DNA of 64,000 nt from Eubacteriales bacterium (GTDB lineage: Bacteria > Bacillota > Clostridia > Oscillospirales > JAAYXM01). A program made the translations under genes and the position numbers. Location: positions 14,621-78,620 of the forward strand of contig JAZOAI010000028.1 in assembly GCA_045595365.1 (NCBI GenBank), in the 5' to 3' direction. The notes under the pieces are model-generated. The model was not told the origin of the DNA and did no database searches. It was given only the letters and a program-made list of their open reading frames with translations. Every line of letters starts with the position of its first letter. Position 1 is the first letter of the stretch. Shown one piece after another: positions 16,127-25,700 of the stretch.

Positions 16127-18592
16127 GTGTTTACCATTAATAATATAAAAACCTTCAAAGACTCTGTTCATGGGTATATTGATGTACCTAAATGTTTTGT
16201 GGATAGATTAATAGATAATGACTATTTTCAACGTTTGAGAAATATAGATCAAACAGGTATGCGTGTGTTATACCCTAATGCAAAGCATGATAGATTCACT
16301 CATTCTCTTGGCGTTTTTCATTTAGGTCAAAGGGCTGTTGATGCCTTGCTTGACAATTTTTCTAAAGATCAATATTGGCATATTGAGTCTGATAATCAAT
16401 CCTCTCTATATTGGGCTAAAAATAAGGTTCTTTTTCTAATTGCTTGTCTTTTGCATGACATTGGACATGCTCCATTTTCCCATGCCCTTGAATTACAAAT
16501 GCTTAAAGGCAGTAAGGCTCCAGAGTTAGTTGGCAAGAAACGAAAAAAGAAAGTAACAACGAATGTAGTTGAGAACAAGGATTATGTTACAAGCGAACTT
16601 CAAAGGATCATAACTGAAAACGAAACCGCATATGTAAAACTAAAATATCAAGAACAAAGAGAAAATATAGATTTAAAAATCGAAAAGGTGGCGCCTCATG
16701 AACAAATTGGTGCACTTTTAATTCTTAATGACTTTTTCAAAAAACAGATTATGGATATTCTAAATACGTTACATAACGAATCATTTCCATATTCAGAAAG
16801 AGAGAGCATATTATATTCAGAATACTATCAAGATAGAATTATTATTGATAAAGTTGATGAAGAAGATATAGAAAGTATGGTCATATTTAATGATGATCTT
16901 TGTTTTATAGCACGAATGGTGATGGGATTAAAGTATGAAGATTGGCGACCAGAGCGACAAATAAGAAATTGCTTTATCGAACTCTTGAATGGCGATAATT
17001 TTGATGTTGATAAACTTGACTATATAGTGCGTGATACTCAAATGTCTGGCATAAGTAATATTTCTGTTGATATTGATCGTCTTTTGAATTCATTGTGCAT
17101 AGTTACAAAAACCAAACACTTTAACAAAACAAATTTAAAAAATAAAAAACTTCAACGCATGACTATTGTTCATGTTAAAAACACTTCCAAAAATAGTCGT
17201 TTTCACATTGAGGGAGAATTTCAAGGTACTATCGTTATTAAAAAAAATGCCAATGTAACAATAGAAGAGGGCAGTAAATTTGATTCTCTAATTGGTGTGG
17301 AACAAGGTATGGCTAAACTAAAGTACCAAAATGCTGACATCGCAATATTTGATTCAAATACAGTAGCTTATGAAGATTCTGAATTGGTTCCATATGATGA
17401 AGCGGAAAATGGTGATAAAATTATACAATTACGCGGAAAGGGAGGAAAACGACAATTTAGTTGCGACATAAAAAATGCTACCGTAATAAAAAAATTCCGG
17501 TTTGTTGCAGCTACAGATATTGTTTTGAAGATCCATGAAAATTGCAACATTACTATTAATGGTGAGTTTTATTCAGATAGACCCATTAGATTATTTAATG
17601 TTGAAGATATGAGCGGAGATGTATCTGAAATAGAATTGTTGGGTGATAGTTTTAAACAAAACTTTACTAACACAAAGATTCCAGGAGAAGATGGTTATAA
17701 CACTTTTTCTGTTGGTTTTAAGAAACAATCAATAAATGCAATTGCAAATGTAATGGAGGCAAGAAATTATTTGTATCTTTGGATATATGCACATCATAAG
17801 GTTATATATTATGCAAATTTTCTTATTCCGGTACTAGCTAAAGAAATGATGTTAAACAAAAATAATATAAGCATGTGGAATTTGGATTTTGATAATATAA
17901 AGTATTTAGATGATGCATATTTATGGACTATCATTAAATATAATTATTACAATGAAAACAAGTCAACCAAGAAAACGAAGAATGAGTTAGCGGCGCTTTT
18001 AAGGGAACTTTTTACCAGAAAATATAAAAAGAGTTTATATAAATCATTAGCTGAATATGATTTATTTTTTGAAAAATATGATGAGAAAACTAAATCAAAA
18101 TTACCAGATTATATAAACAGAGTGCTTAATGACAACGTTAAGAATGTTAGACCATACATTAAGGTTCCAGGGAAAAATGGGAAAGATAAATTTATAGTTG
18201 GATATTTTAAAGATTCAGAATTGAGAAAAATAAATATGCTACTTAAATCAATAATTAATGAAAAATTTGCACAAAAAAGTACTCTCAAAGAATATGAAAA
18301 TTTATCTTTATCTGAACTAGTATATGTTTCGGCAGAGTACAAGCTGAAGCAACTTGAAACCTTGAAAACTTTTGTAGATATGAATGATGACATAATTCCT
18401 ATTAGTCATATTCCTTTGTTGGAAGCTCAAACAAAAAAGGCTGAGCAAAATACAACAAATGCGTACTTTTATCTCTATTATCAAACAACATCTTCTAAAG
18501 TGAATTCAAATAGAGAATGCGAGTTTGTGAAAGAAGCATTAAAAAAATATTTTGATGATCTGGTTGAGCAAAATAGTAATACAAAAAAATGA
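16127..18592 (+). CDS. SAMHD1/EF1143-like HD-domain phosphohydrolase (predicted dNTP triphosphohydrolase) with long C-terminal extension
   Basis: N-terminal SVHGYIDV...FQRLRNIDQTG...HDRFTHSLGV, then LLHDIGHAPFSH and DKLDYIVRDT, which is the H..HD..D pattern of COG1078-type HD hydrolases. GTG start with aaggagg 7 nt upstream. About 500 further residues are unassigned. Confidence 0.85.
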   Translation: MFTINNIKTFKDSVHGYIDVPKCFVDRLIDNDYFQRLRNIDQTGMRVLYPNAKHDRFTHSLGVFHLGQRAVDALLDNFSKDQYWHIESDNQSSLYWAKNKVLFLIACLLHDIGHAPFSHALELQMLKGSKAPELVGKKRKKKVTTNVVENKDYVTSELQRIITENETAYVKLKYQEQRENIDLKIEKVAPHEQIGALLILNDFFKKQIMDILNTLHNESFPYSERESILYSEYYQDRIIIDKVDEEDIESMVIFNDDLCFIARMVMGLKYEDWRPERQIRNCFIELLNGDNFDVDKLDYIVRDTQMSGISNISVDIDRLLNSLCIVTKTKHFNKTNLKNKKLQRMTIVHVKNTSKNSRFHIEGEFQGTIVIKKNANVTIEEGSKFDSLIGVEQGMAKLKYQNADIAIFDSNTVAYEDSELVPYDEAENGDKIIQLRGKGGKRQFSCDIKNATVIKKFRFVAATDIVLKIHENCNITINGEFYSDRPIRLFNVEDMSGDVSEIELLGDSFKQNFTNTKIPGEDGYNTFSVGFKKQSINAIANVMEARNYLYLWIYAHHKVIYYANFLIPVLAKEMMLNKNNISMWNLDFDNIKYLDDAYLWTIIKYNYYNENKSTKKTKNELAALLRELFTRKYKKSLYKSLAEYDLFFEKYDEKTKSKLPDYINRVLNDNVKNVRPYIKVPGKNGKDKFIVGYFKDSELRKINMLLKSIINEKFAQKSTLKEYENLSLSELVYVSAEYKLKQLETLKTFVDMNDDIIPISHIPLLEAQTKKAEQNTTNAYFYLYYQTTSSKVNSNRECEFVKEALKKYFDDLVEQNSNTKK

Positions 18593-18816
18593 TTAGTTGA
18601 TATAAATTGCTACTCTGATCTTGTATTATAGGGAGATATGTCTATGGTAACGAGAAAAAGGTATTTATACTACCGTAATCAAAGATAGTGAGATTATATT
18701 GTATTTATGAAATAAATAAATTGCAATAGAGAAAGAGTATAATGCCAAAATCATCGACATCTAAACCGTTCAATGTTTTAATTCTAAATACACAATTTCA
18801 TGGAGGAATAAAGTCT

Positions 18817-19677
18817 ATGAAAGATAATAAAATTCAAGTTTTTGAAGATAAAAAGATAAGAGCTGCTTGGAACGAAGAGGCGGAAGAATGGTATTTTTCT
18901 GTCGCTGATGTTGTTGAAGTTCTTACCGATAGTAAGGATGTAAAGCAGTACATAAAGAAAATGCGTAGCCGTGATGCAGAGCTTAATTCGAGATGGGGTA
19001 CAATTTGTACCCTAACTGAATTGATGGCCGCAGATGGCAAGAGATATAAGACAACCGTTGCCGATATTGCCGGAATACTTCGTATAATTCAGTCTATACC
19101 ATCTCCAAAAGCAGAGCCATTCAAAATGTGGCTTGCCGAGGTCGGCAAAGAGCATATTGACGAAACCATCGATCCTGAGCTTGCAATAGACAGAGCTTTA
19201 GAAATATATCAGAAAAAGGGATATAGCGAGGAATGGATACATCAAAGACTTTTGTCAATACGTGTACGGAATGCATTGACCGATGAATGGGATAAGCGTG
19301 GCGTAGAAAAAGGCAAAGAATATGCTATCCTTACCGATGAGATTTCAAAGGCTTGGTCAGGTATGACAACTAGAAAATATAAAAATCTTAAAGGTCTTAC
19401 CAAAGAAAATTTGCGTGATAATATGTCCGACCTTGAACTTGTACTTAATATGCTTGCGGAAGCGACTACAACAGAAATTTCCAAAAGAGAACAACCTACA
19501 ACTTTTGACGAAAACATAAAAATTGCAAAAAGAGGTGGCTCTGTTGCCGGAAATGCACGCAAAGAAATTGAAAAAGAGACGAGCGAGTCCGTTATAACCT
19601 CTAAAAATGCAGCAGAGCTTAATAAGTTTGTTGCAGACTTAATCGAAGGCGTTGCCGAAAATATATACGAAAAATAA
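18817..19677 (+). CDS. Bro-N domain protein with DinD/antirepressor-like C-terminal region
   Basis: N-terminal IQVFEDKKIRAAWNEEAEEWYFSVADVVEVL matches the Bro-N pattern. Start set to the ATG at 18817 behind a ggagga RBS. Confidence 0.65.
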   Translation: MKDNKIQVFEDKKIRAAWNEEAEEWYFSVADVVEVLTDSKDVKQYIKKMRSRDAELNSRWGTICTLTELMAADGKRYKTTVADIAGILRIIQSIPSPKAEPFKMWLAEVGKEHIDETIDPELAIDRALEIYQKKGYSEEWIHQRLLSIRVRNALTDEWDKRGVEKGKEYAILTDEISKAWSGMTTRKYKNLKGLTKENLRDNMSDLELVLNMLAEATTTEISKREQPTTFDENIKIAKRGGSVAGNARKEIEKETSESVITSKNAAELNKFVADLIEGVAENIYEK

Positions 19678-19693
19678 ATACATAAAAACACAA

Positions 19694-19736
19694 AAAGCCC
19701 GAATATGTAGGCATTATGCTTACACATTCGGGCTTT
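19694..19736 (+). terminator. Rho-independent terminator
   Basis: Stem aaagcccgaatatgta / tacacattcgggcttt (one mismatch) downstream of the Bro-N gene. Confidence 0.6.
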
Positions 19737-19882
19737 AATAATATCCGCACATTTGGCTATATCACACGTACAAAATATACTTTTGAGTGGAGATTTGTGT
19801 AAATGCTAAAATTCATTGATAACTTCTAAATAGTATATTTATGTAAGTGGTAGAATACATAGAGGAAAGGAAGTTGATTTGA

Positions 19883-20722
19883 ATGAAAAAAATCACAAAT
19901 GAGCTAATACTTAGCTTTAAAGAATATTTAATTGAGGAGGAAAAAAGCGAAAACACCTGTGATAAATATATCCGTGATATAACCTTCTTTATGGCTTGGC
20001 TTTGTGGTCAGGAAGTAACAAAGATATTGGCTTTAGAGTATAAAAAGGAGCTTTGTGAAAAATATGCTCCTGCAAGTGTGAATGCGGCAATATCTTCCCT
20101 TAATAGCTTCTTCGCTTTTATGGAATGGCATGATATGCGGATAAAGGCACTAAAAATACAAAGGCAAATATTTTCAAACAAAGACAAGGAACTGACAAAA
20201 GCGGAATATGAGCGATTGCTTACGGCAGCAAGAAGTAAAAAGAATGAGAGATTGTATTACCTTATGCAAACAATTTGTAGTACAGGCATCAGGGTTTCAG
20301 AACTTCGCTACATTACCACATCTGCTGTACATTCGGGACAAGCGATAATAAACTGCAAAGGCAAGATGCGTATTGTCATTCTTCCAAAAGAACTTTGCAA
20401 AATGTTAAAGGGATATATTCGAGAAAATAAAATTGAAAACGGCACCGTTTTCGTAAGTCGTAATGGTAAACCTTTGGACAGAAGCCATATATGGAAAATG
20501 TTGAAAGACTTGTGTGAAGTCGCCGGAGTGTCAAAAGATAAGGTGTTCCCGCATAACTTTCGTCATCTTTTTGCGAGAACTTATTATAGCTTGCAAAAGG
20601 ACATCGTAAGACTTGCTGATATTTTAGGGCATTCTTCGGTAAATACAACAAGGATTTACACAATGAGTACGGGAGAGGTGCACCGTAGGCAAATACAAAA
20701 ACTAGGACTTTTAAGGTGTTAA
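19883..20722 (+). CDS. Tyrosine site-specific recombinase (XerC/D-like, candidate invertase)
   Basis: N-terminal SAM-like core-binding domain. Catalytic motifs GIRVSELR, HNFRHLFAR and LGHSSVNTTRIYT (R-H-R-Y). Confidence 0.9.
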   Translation: MKKITNELILSFKEYLIEEEKSENTCDKYIRDITFFMAWLCGQEVTKILALEYKKELCEKYAPASVNAAISSLNSFFAFMEWHDMRIKALKIQRQIFSNKDKELTKAEYERLLTAARSKKNERLYYLMQTICSTGIRVSELRYITTSAVHSGQAIINCKGKMRIVILPKELCKMLKGYIRENKIENGTVFVSRNGKPLDRSHIWKMLKDLCEVAGVSKDKVFPHNFRHLFARTYYSLQKDIVRLADILGHSSVNTTRIYTMSTGEVHRRQIQKLGLLRC

Positions 20723-20732
20723 AATAAAAAAA

Positions 20733-20755
20733 CCACATAATTCTCATTATGTGGA
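20733..20755 (+). repeat. Inverted repeat left (IRL) of putative invertible segment
   Basis: ccacataattctcattatgtgga. Its exact reverse complement is at 20961-20983. The arms are themselves palindromic (ccacataat/attatgtgg), with an asymmetric tctc core. Confidence 0.85.
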
Positions 20756-20790
20756 ACTCCTGCACAAACACTTGTGAAGTTACATAAGGA

Positions 20791-20819
20791 ATTATATCAT
20801 ATGCAACCAAAAAAATCAA
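20791..20819 (-). promoter_or_regulatory. Near-consensus sigma-A promoter inside the invertible segment (currently facing away from the surface locus)
   Basis: The minus strand reads TTGATT - 17 nt - TATAAT. Confidence 0.55.
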
Positions 20820-20960
20820 TGATTTAAAGGTAATTTGCGATAAATCTCCGTTATGCATAAAAATTGGCACCAAAAGTTGACCGATGAAAACTTATCAACT
20901 AACATCGGTCTTATTTTCGTGCCCAAATTACAAATTTCACAGCACTTGATATTCTATTTC

Positions 20961-20983
20961 TCCACATAATGAGAATTATGTGG
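20961..20983 (-). repeat. Inverted repeat right (IRR) of putative invertible segment
   Basis: tccacataatgagaattatgtgg is the perfect 23/23 reverse complement of IRL. It lies 35 nt upstream of the 21018 start codon. Confidence 0.85.
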
Positions 20984-21017
20984 AGAAAGTATTGTTTTTG
21001 AAAGGTGGAATGTCTTT

Positions 21018-21560
21018 ATGAATATGACTATCGGTGCTTGGACAGCGAATGTTGCAATTGGTATAATTGCGGGAGTTGTGTCATCTTTTATCACACATAT
21101 TTTAATGAGGTTTTCTAAACCTAAAATAAAGATTGCGGAACAGATAGCTAAGAGCAAAACTGCGAACGGGTGGGAGTATCGCTTTAAAATAGTTAATCTT
21201 TCACGAGCATATGCCAAAAATGTTAGAATTCAATTTGAAATGGTAACTGATATCATTGGAAATGGTGGAACAATTTCGAAGGTATATCCTATTCGTTTGA
21301 TGAGGGAAAACATCGATTTTATTGAAGCTTATAGCAAAAAAGATACTAACGCCAATTACGCTGTGCGTTTTGCTTTGAAAGATAATTTGGACGATATTTG
21401 GACTGACGATAATTACTCCTACTTGCGTTTAAAATTCTATTGTGAGAACGAATCGACAGGTGTAGGTAAAGTATTTGTGCAAAAATTTCAGAAGAAAAAT
21501 AAGTCTATTCGAGTTGGGAAATATATGTTCGGGAAATCTTGTGAGATAGTTTCAGAATAG
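21018..21560 (+). CDS. Hypothetical single-pass membrane protein (first gene downstream of the switch)
   Basis: 180 aa with a gaaaggtgg RBS and an N-terminal TM helix (VAIGIIAGVVSSFITHIL). Confidence 0.55.
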   Translation: MNMTIGAWTANVAIGIIAGVVSSFITHILMRFSKPKIKIAEQIAKSKTANGWEYRFKIVNLSRAYAKNVRIQFEMVTDIIGNGGTISKVYPIRLMRENIDFIEAYSKKDTNANYAVRFALKDNLDDIWTDDNYSYLRLKFYCENESTGVGKVFVQKFQKKNKSIRVGKYMFGKSCEIVSE

Positions 21561-21593
21561 TGTATTGCTAATAAATATATTGGAGTTGCTAAT

Positions 21594-22769
21594 ATGAAGA
21601 AAACGATTGCAGTGATTATGATATTGTTGCTATGCACCTCAATTATTATTGCATGTGCAACAGTCAATAGTTCAACAGCGGCTAAAAACTACGATGCCCC
21701 ATTTTCTGATGTAAAAGATACAGATTGGTTCTATGAGGATGTTAAGTATGTTTATCAAAACAACTTAATGAATGGTATAAGCAATACCGAATTTTCTCCA
21801 TCTGGAGTTACTACGAGAGGGATGATAGTTACAATCTTGTGGCGACTTGAAGGAGAGCCAATCGAAAAAGGAAAAGATTTCGATGATGTAAATAACGATG
21901 CATATTATTATAATGCTGTAGCATGGGCATCAAACAATCAGATTGTAAACGGATATAGAGAGTCAACTTTTGGCCCAAATGATACAGCTACTCGTGAGCA
22001 GCTTGTCACAATAATGTATCGCTATGCTTCATATAAGAAATATGATATTTCAAAAGAAGCAGAACTTGATAAATATGTTGATGCAAATCAGATCAGCGAA
22101 TATGCAATAAAGAGCATTAAATGGGCGAATGCAAACGGAATTATTTCAGGAACTTCAAATCAAACAATTTCTCCTAAAGATAATGTTCAGAGGTGTCAGG
22201 TTGCGGCAATATTGAAGCGCTTTTGTGTGAACACTGCTGGAATCAAAGACGAAATCTCAAGCGAAGAACAGCCCGAAAAAGATGTTGAAGAAGAAATCGT
22301 TCAGCCTGGAAACAACAAAGGCGATGAAGAATTCACAAGCCAAGAAACGAACACATCCCCAATAATAGTTGCAGATAAAGTTCATGCTAAACCCGGTGAC
22401 GAAGTTGAATTTGTAGTCGAAGTAAAAAACAACCCAGGTATTTTGGGAATGACATTAACGCTTTATTATGATGATACTTTCTGCACATTAGAGTCAGCCG
22501 AAAATGGAGATGCAGTAAAAAACATCTTGGACTTAACAACTTCGAAAGAACTTGGTAATGGTTCTCGTTTCGTATGGGACGGTGTTGAAATAACCGGCAA
22601 AGATATTAAAGATGGCCCTGTTTTGTTGCTCAAATTTAAAGTTAAGGATGATGCTCCTGAAGGGACTTGTCCAATCACGGTAAAATATTTTAACGACGAC
22701 ATTGTAGACAATAACCTTGATGCCGTTTATCCGGTTATTAAAAATGGCGAAATAGTGATTTCAAAATAA
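21594..22769 (+). CDS. Cell-wall-anchoring protein: signal peptide + 3 SLH domains + C-terminal cohesin-like module
   Basis: Three SLH repeats (FSDVKDTDWFYEDVKYV..., FDDVNNDAYYYNAVAWA..., YVDANQISEYAIKSIKWA...), an acidic linker, then a cohesin-type module (GDEVEFVVEVKNNPGILGMTLTLYYD...FVWDG). Confidence 0.8.
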   Translation: MKKTIAVIMILLLCTSIIIACATVNSSTAAKNYDAPFSDVKDTDWFYEDVKYVYQNNLMNGISNTEFSPSGVTTRGMIVTILWRLEGEPIEKGKDFDDVNNDAYYYNAVAWASNNQIVNGYRESTFGPNDTATREQLVTIMYRYASYKKYDISKEAELDKYVDANQISEYAIKSIKWANANGIISGTSNQTISPKDNVQRCQVAAILKRFCVNTAGIKDEISSEEQPEKDVEEEIVQPGNNKGDEEFTSQETNTSPIIVADKVHAKPGDEVEFVVEVKNNPGILGMTLTLYYDDTFCTLESAENGDAVKNILDLTTSKELGNGSRFVWDGVEITGKDIKDGPVLLLKFKVKDDAPEGTCPITVKYFNDDIVDNNLDAVYPVIKNGEIVISK

Positions 22770-22792
22770 ATATACAGAAAGGACAATGTCAA

Positions 22793-25700
22793 ATGAAAAC
22801 CAAGAAGTTGATAGCTTCCTTGCTATCTTTAGTTATGATTTTAAGTATCATAACACCCACTTCAGTATTAGCTTCTACATCAGTTGCTAAATCAACAATC
22901 ACGGTAAAATCTGTTACCGATACTGCCGGAGCAACAGTAGATGTTGATGTTATTATTGAAAACAACCCCGGAATATTGGGCGCTACATTAGAATTTGCTT
23001 ATGATGAAGGATTAACGTTAATCAATGCGTCGAATGGCGAGGCTTTCTCATCATTAACAATGACTAAGCCCGGAAAATTCATATCTCCCTGCAAATTTGT
23101 ATGGGATGCTCAGGAAATCACATCAGATGATGTAAAAGACGGAAAAATCTTGACATTGCAATTCAAGATAGATGATAATGCGCAAGCCGGTGATGAGTAT
23201 AACATTAATGTATCATATCAGTCGGGTGACATTATTGATGCCGACTTGGCAACACTTGAGGCAAATTTAGTAAACGGTTGTGTTTCTGTTGTTGATTATC
23301 TTCCCGGAGATCTTGATGGCGACAGAATTGTCAACACAAGAGATATTGTTTTGCTAAGGCGACATGTCGCCGGCGGATACGACCAAACAGTAAATGAATC
23401 CGCAGCTGATGTAAATAACGATGCGAAAACAAATACGGCAGACATTGTTTTGGTTCGTAGATATATTGCCGGTGGATACGGCGTTGAGCTTAAGCCGTCA
23501 AAACCACAGTGCGACCATACAATGACGGAAACTGCATACAAAGCTCCGGATTGTACAACAACCGGCAATATAGCATATTGGACTTGCACGAAATGCGGCA
23601 GAATATACAGCGATAAGAACGGAACTACGGAGATTTCTGCTAAAGACGTTGAAATAGCTTCACCGGGCCATTCTATTGTAATTGATGCTGCTGTAGCTCC
23701 GACTTATAGCAGTTCGGGATTAACCGAGGGTAAACACTGCTCTGCTTGTGGCGAAATCATTGTTGCCCAGCAGATAATCCCGGCGTTGCAAAAAGAAGAG
23801 TATTCTATAACGTATCATATTGATAGCAACGATGAATATCTGCAATCTATAAATATAAACAATCCTAATCCTAATACATATGCAAAAGAAGAAGGGTTAG
23901 TATTACAAGATTTGATTGTTAAGGGCTACAATTTCGTCGGCTGGTACACAGCGCAGATTGGTGGCGAGAGAGTAACTAAAATCGCAGCAGGAGAAACGGA
24001 AAACAGAACACTGTATGCTCATTGGGAGAAAGTAGAATATAAAGTGCAATTCTCTTCTGATATGGTTGCAATAGGAGATATGAAGTTCACTGCAGGCGAA
24101 GAAAGAACTCTTCCGAATCCCACCTTGGACAGATATACTTTTGTCGGATGGTCAGATAAAGAAGGTAACATCTGGAAAACAATTCCTAAGGGAACTTCAA
24201 AGAACGTAGTTCTTTACGCAAACTGGGCAAGCAATCGAAATAAAGCTGTGCCTGTAAAGAAGCTTGCAGACCCGATAATCTGTGAAGATTCAGAGAATGG
24301 TTTGATGTTGTTCACTTATGAGATTGGTGAAATTCAGAATGTGCCGTTGTACACAATATTGAAGCTTAATTGCGTCAACGGAATTATCTCAACCATTTCT
24401 ACAACCACCAGCCAGGAAATAAGCTCAACACAAGCTAAAACAATTGCGCAAACGATTTCCAATGCCACAACAAATTCAGCGTCCTGGACATTGGAAAACA
24501 GTTGGAATAACTCGACTGAAGTAAGCCAGAGCTATCTTGATCAGACAGGTCAAACTCGTGAAGAGGCAGAATCTCTTGCAAAGAGCAACAGCGGTACATA
24601 TAATCTGTCTTCAAGTAGCGGAGGCTCAAACGGATATACTGATACAAACAGTGGCTCCTACACCCTTTCAGGAAATCAGGGACACTCAAACAGTTCCACA
24701 ACGGAAACGGGTGAGAATTTTGACTTATCAGTTGATGCTAAATTCTCAAGCGAAACCTCAATAGGCGCTGAAGCAAGCATAGAGCTCGTTAAATTAAATG
24801 CAAACCAAAAATTCGGCTTTGAAATAGGCGCCGGAGCAGGTTATGGAAACTATGTGAAAAACACAAATACAGGTACGGACAGTTGGACAAGTGGAATTGA
24901 TATCAGCAATGAAACGTCAAATACCACAACTGCTCAGAAAAATTGGAACACGGCAGAGGGTTATTCGAACAGTAAAACTATAAGTTCGAATACATCTGTT
25001 GCAAATGCCGTTTCAAAGCTCATAAGCCAGGAGTACGGATATGGCTCATCTTATGCAGAAGGTGGAAGCAACAGCAATTCGCAGGCGTTAGCATCCACCG
25101 ACACAAAAAGTGATGAATACAGCACAACGATGACATATCATACGTCAAAAATCGAATCAACAACAAAATCGATTGAGACTACCGGAAATACAATCGGTGA
25201 TTATCGTTATGTTATGGCAGGAACGATTCATGTTTTTGCAGTAATCGGATACGATGTTGCGGAAAGCAGTTACTTTGTCTATACATATAATGTGCTTGAT
25301 GATGAAACCTATGAATATGTAGACTATTCATTTGACGGAACATTTAATGACTATGAAACAAGCATCATACCGTTTGAAATTCCGCACTTTGTAAATGATT
25401 ATGTCAACACACGAATTGCAAAAACATCAGGTTTGCAAATTGATCCTGACACGGGAATGATAATGAACTATATTCCTGATTCGAACAATCCTGATACAAT
25501 CGTCGTAATCCCGTCATATATGTCAATAGACAACGGCGACGGCACATTCAGCTCGGTTAAGGTCAAAGGCATTGCACCGGGATTATTTAAGAACAATACA
25601 AATCTTGTCGGAATAAAGCTTGGAAACTTCATTACCGAGATTCCGGATTCGGCATTCGAGGGTTGTTCGTCACTGAAATATGTTGTTTCTCCGGGAATAA

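Noticed and set aside
20877-20905. Plus-strand promoter candidate TTGACC-17-TAACAT inside the invertible segment
   Set aside because: The -10 is weak and lies inside the GACCGATG/CATCGGTC stem-loop that is followed by a T-rich run. That stem-loop looks more like a terminator in this orientation. It is kept only as a note within the inverton finding.
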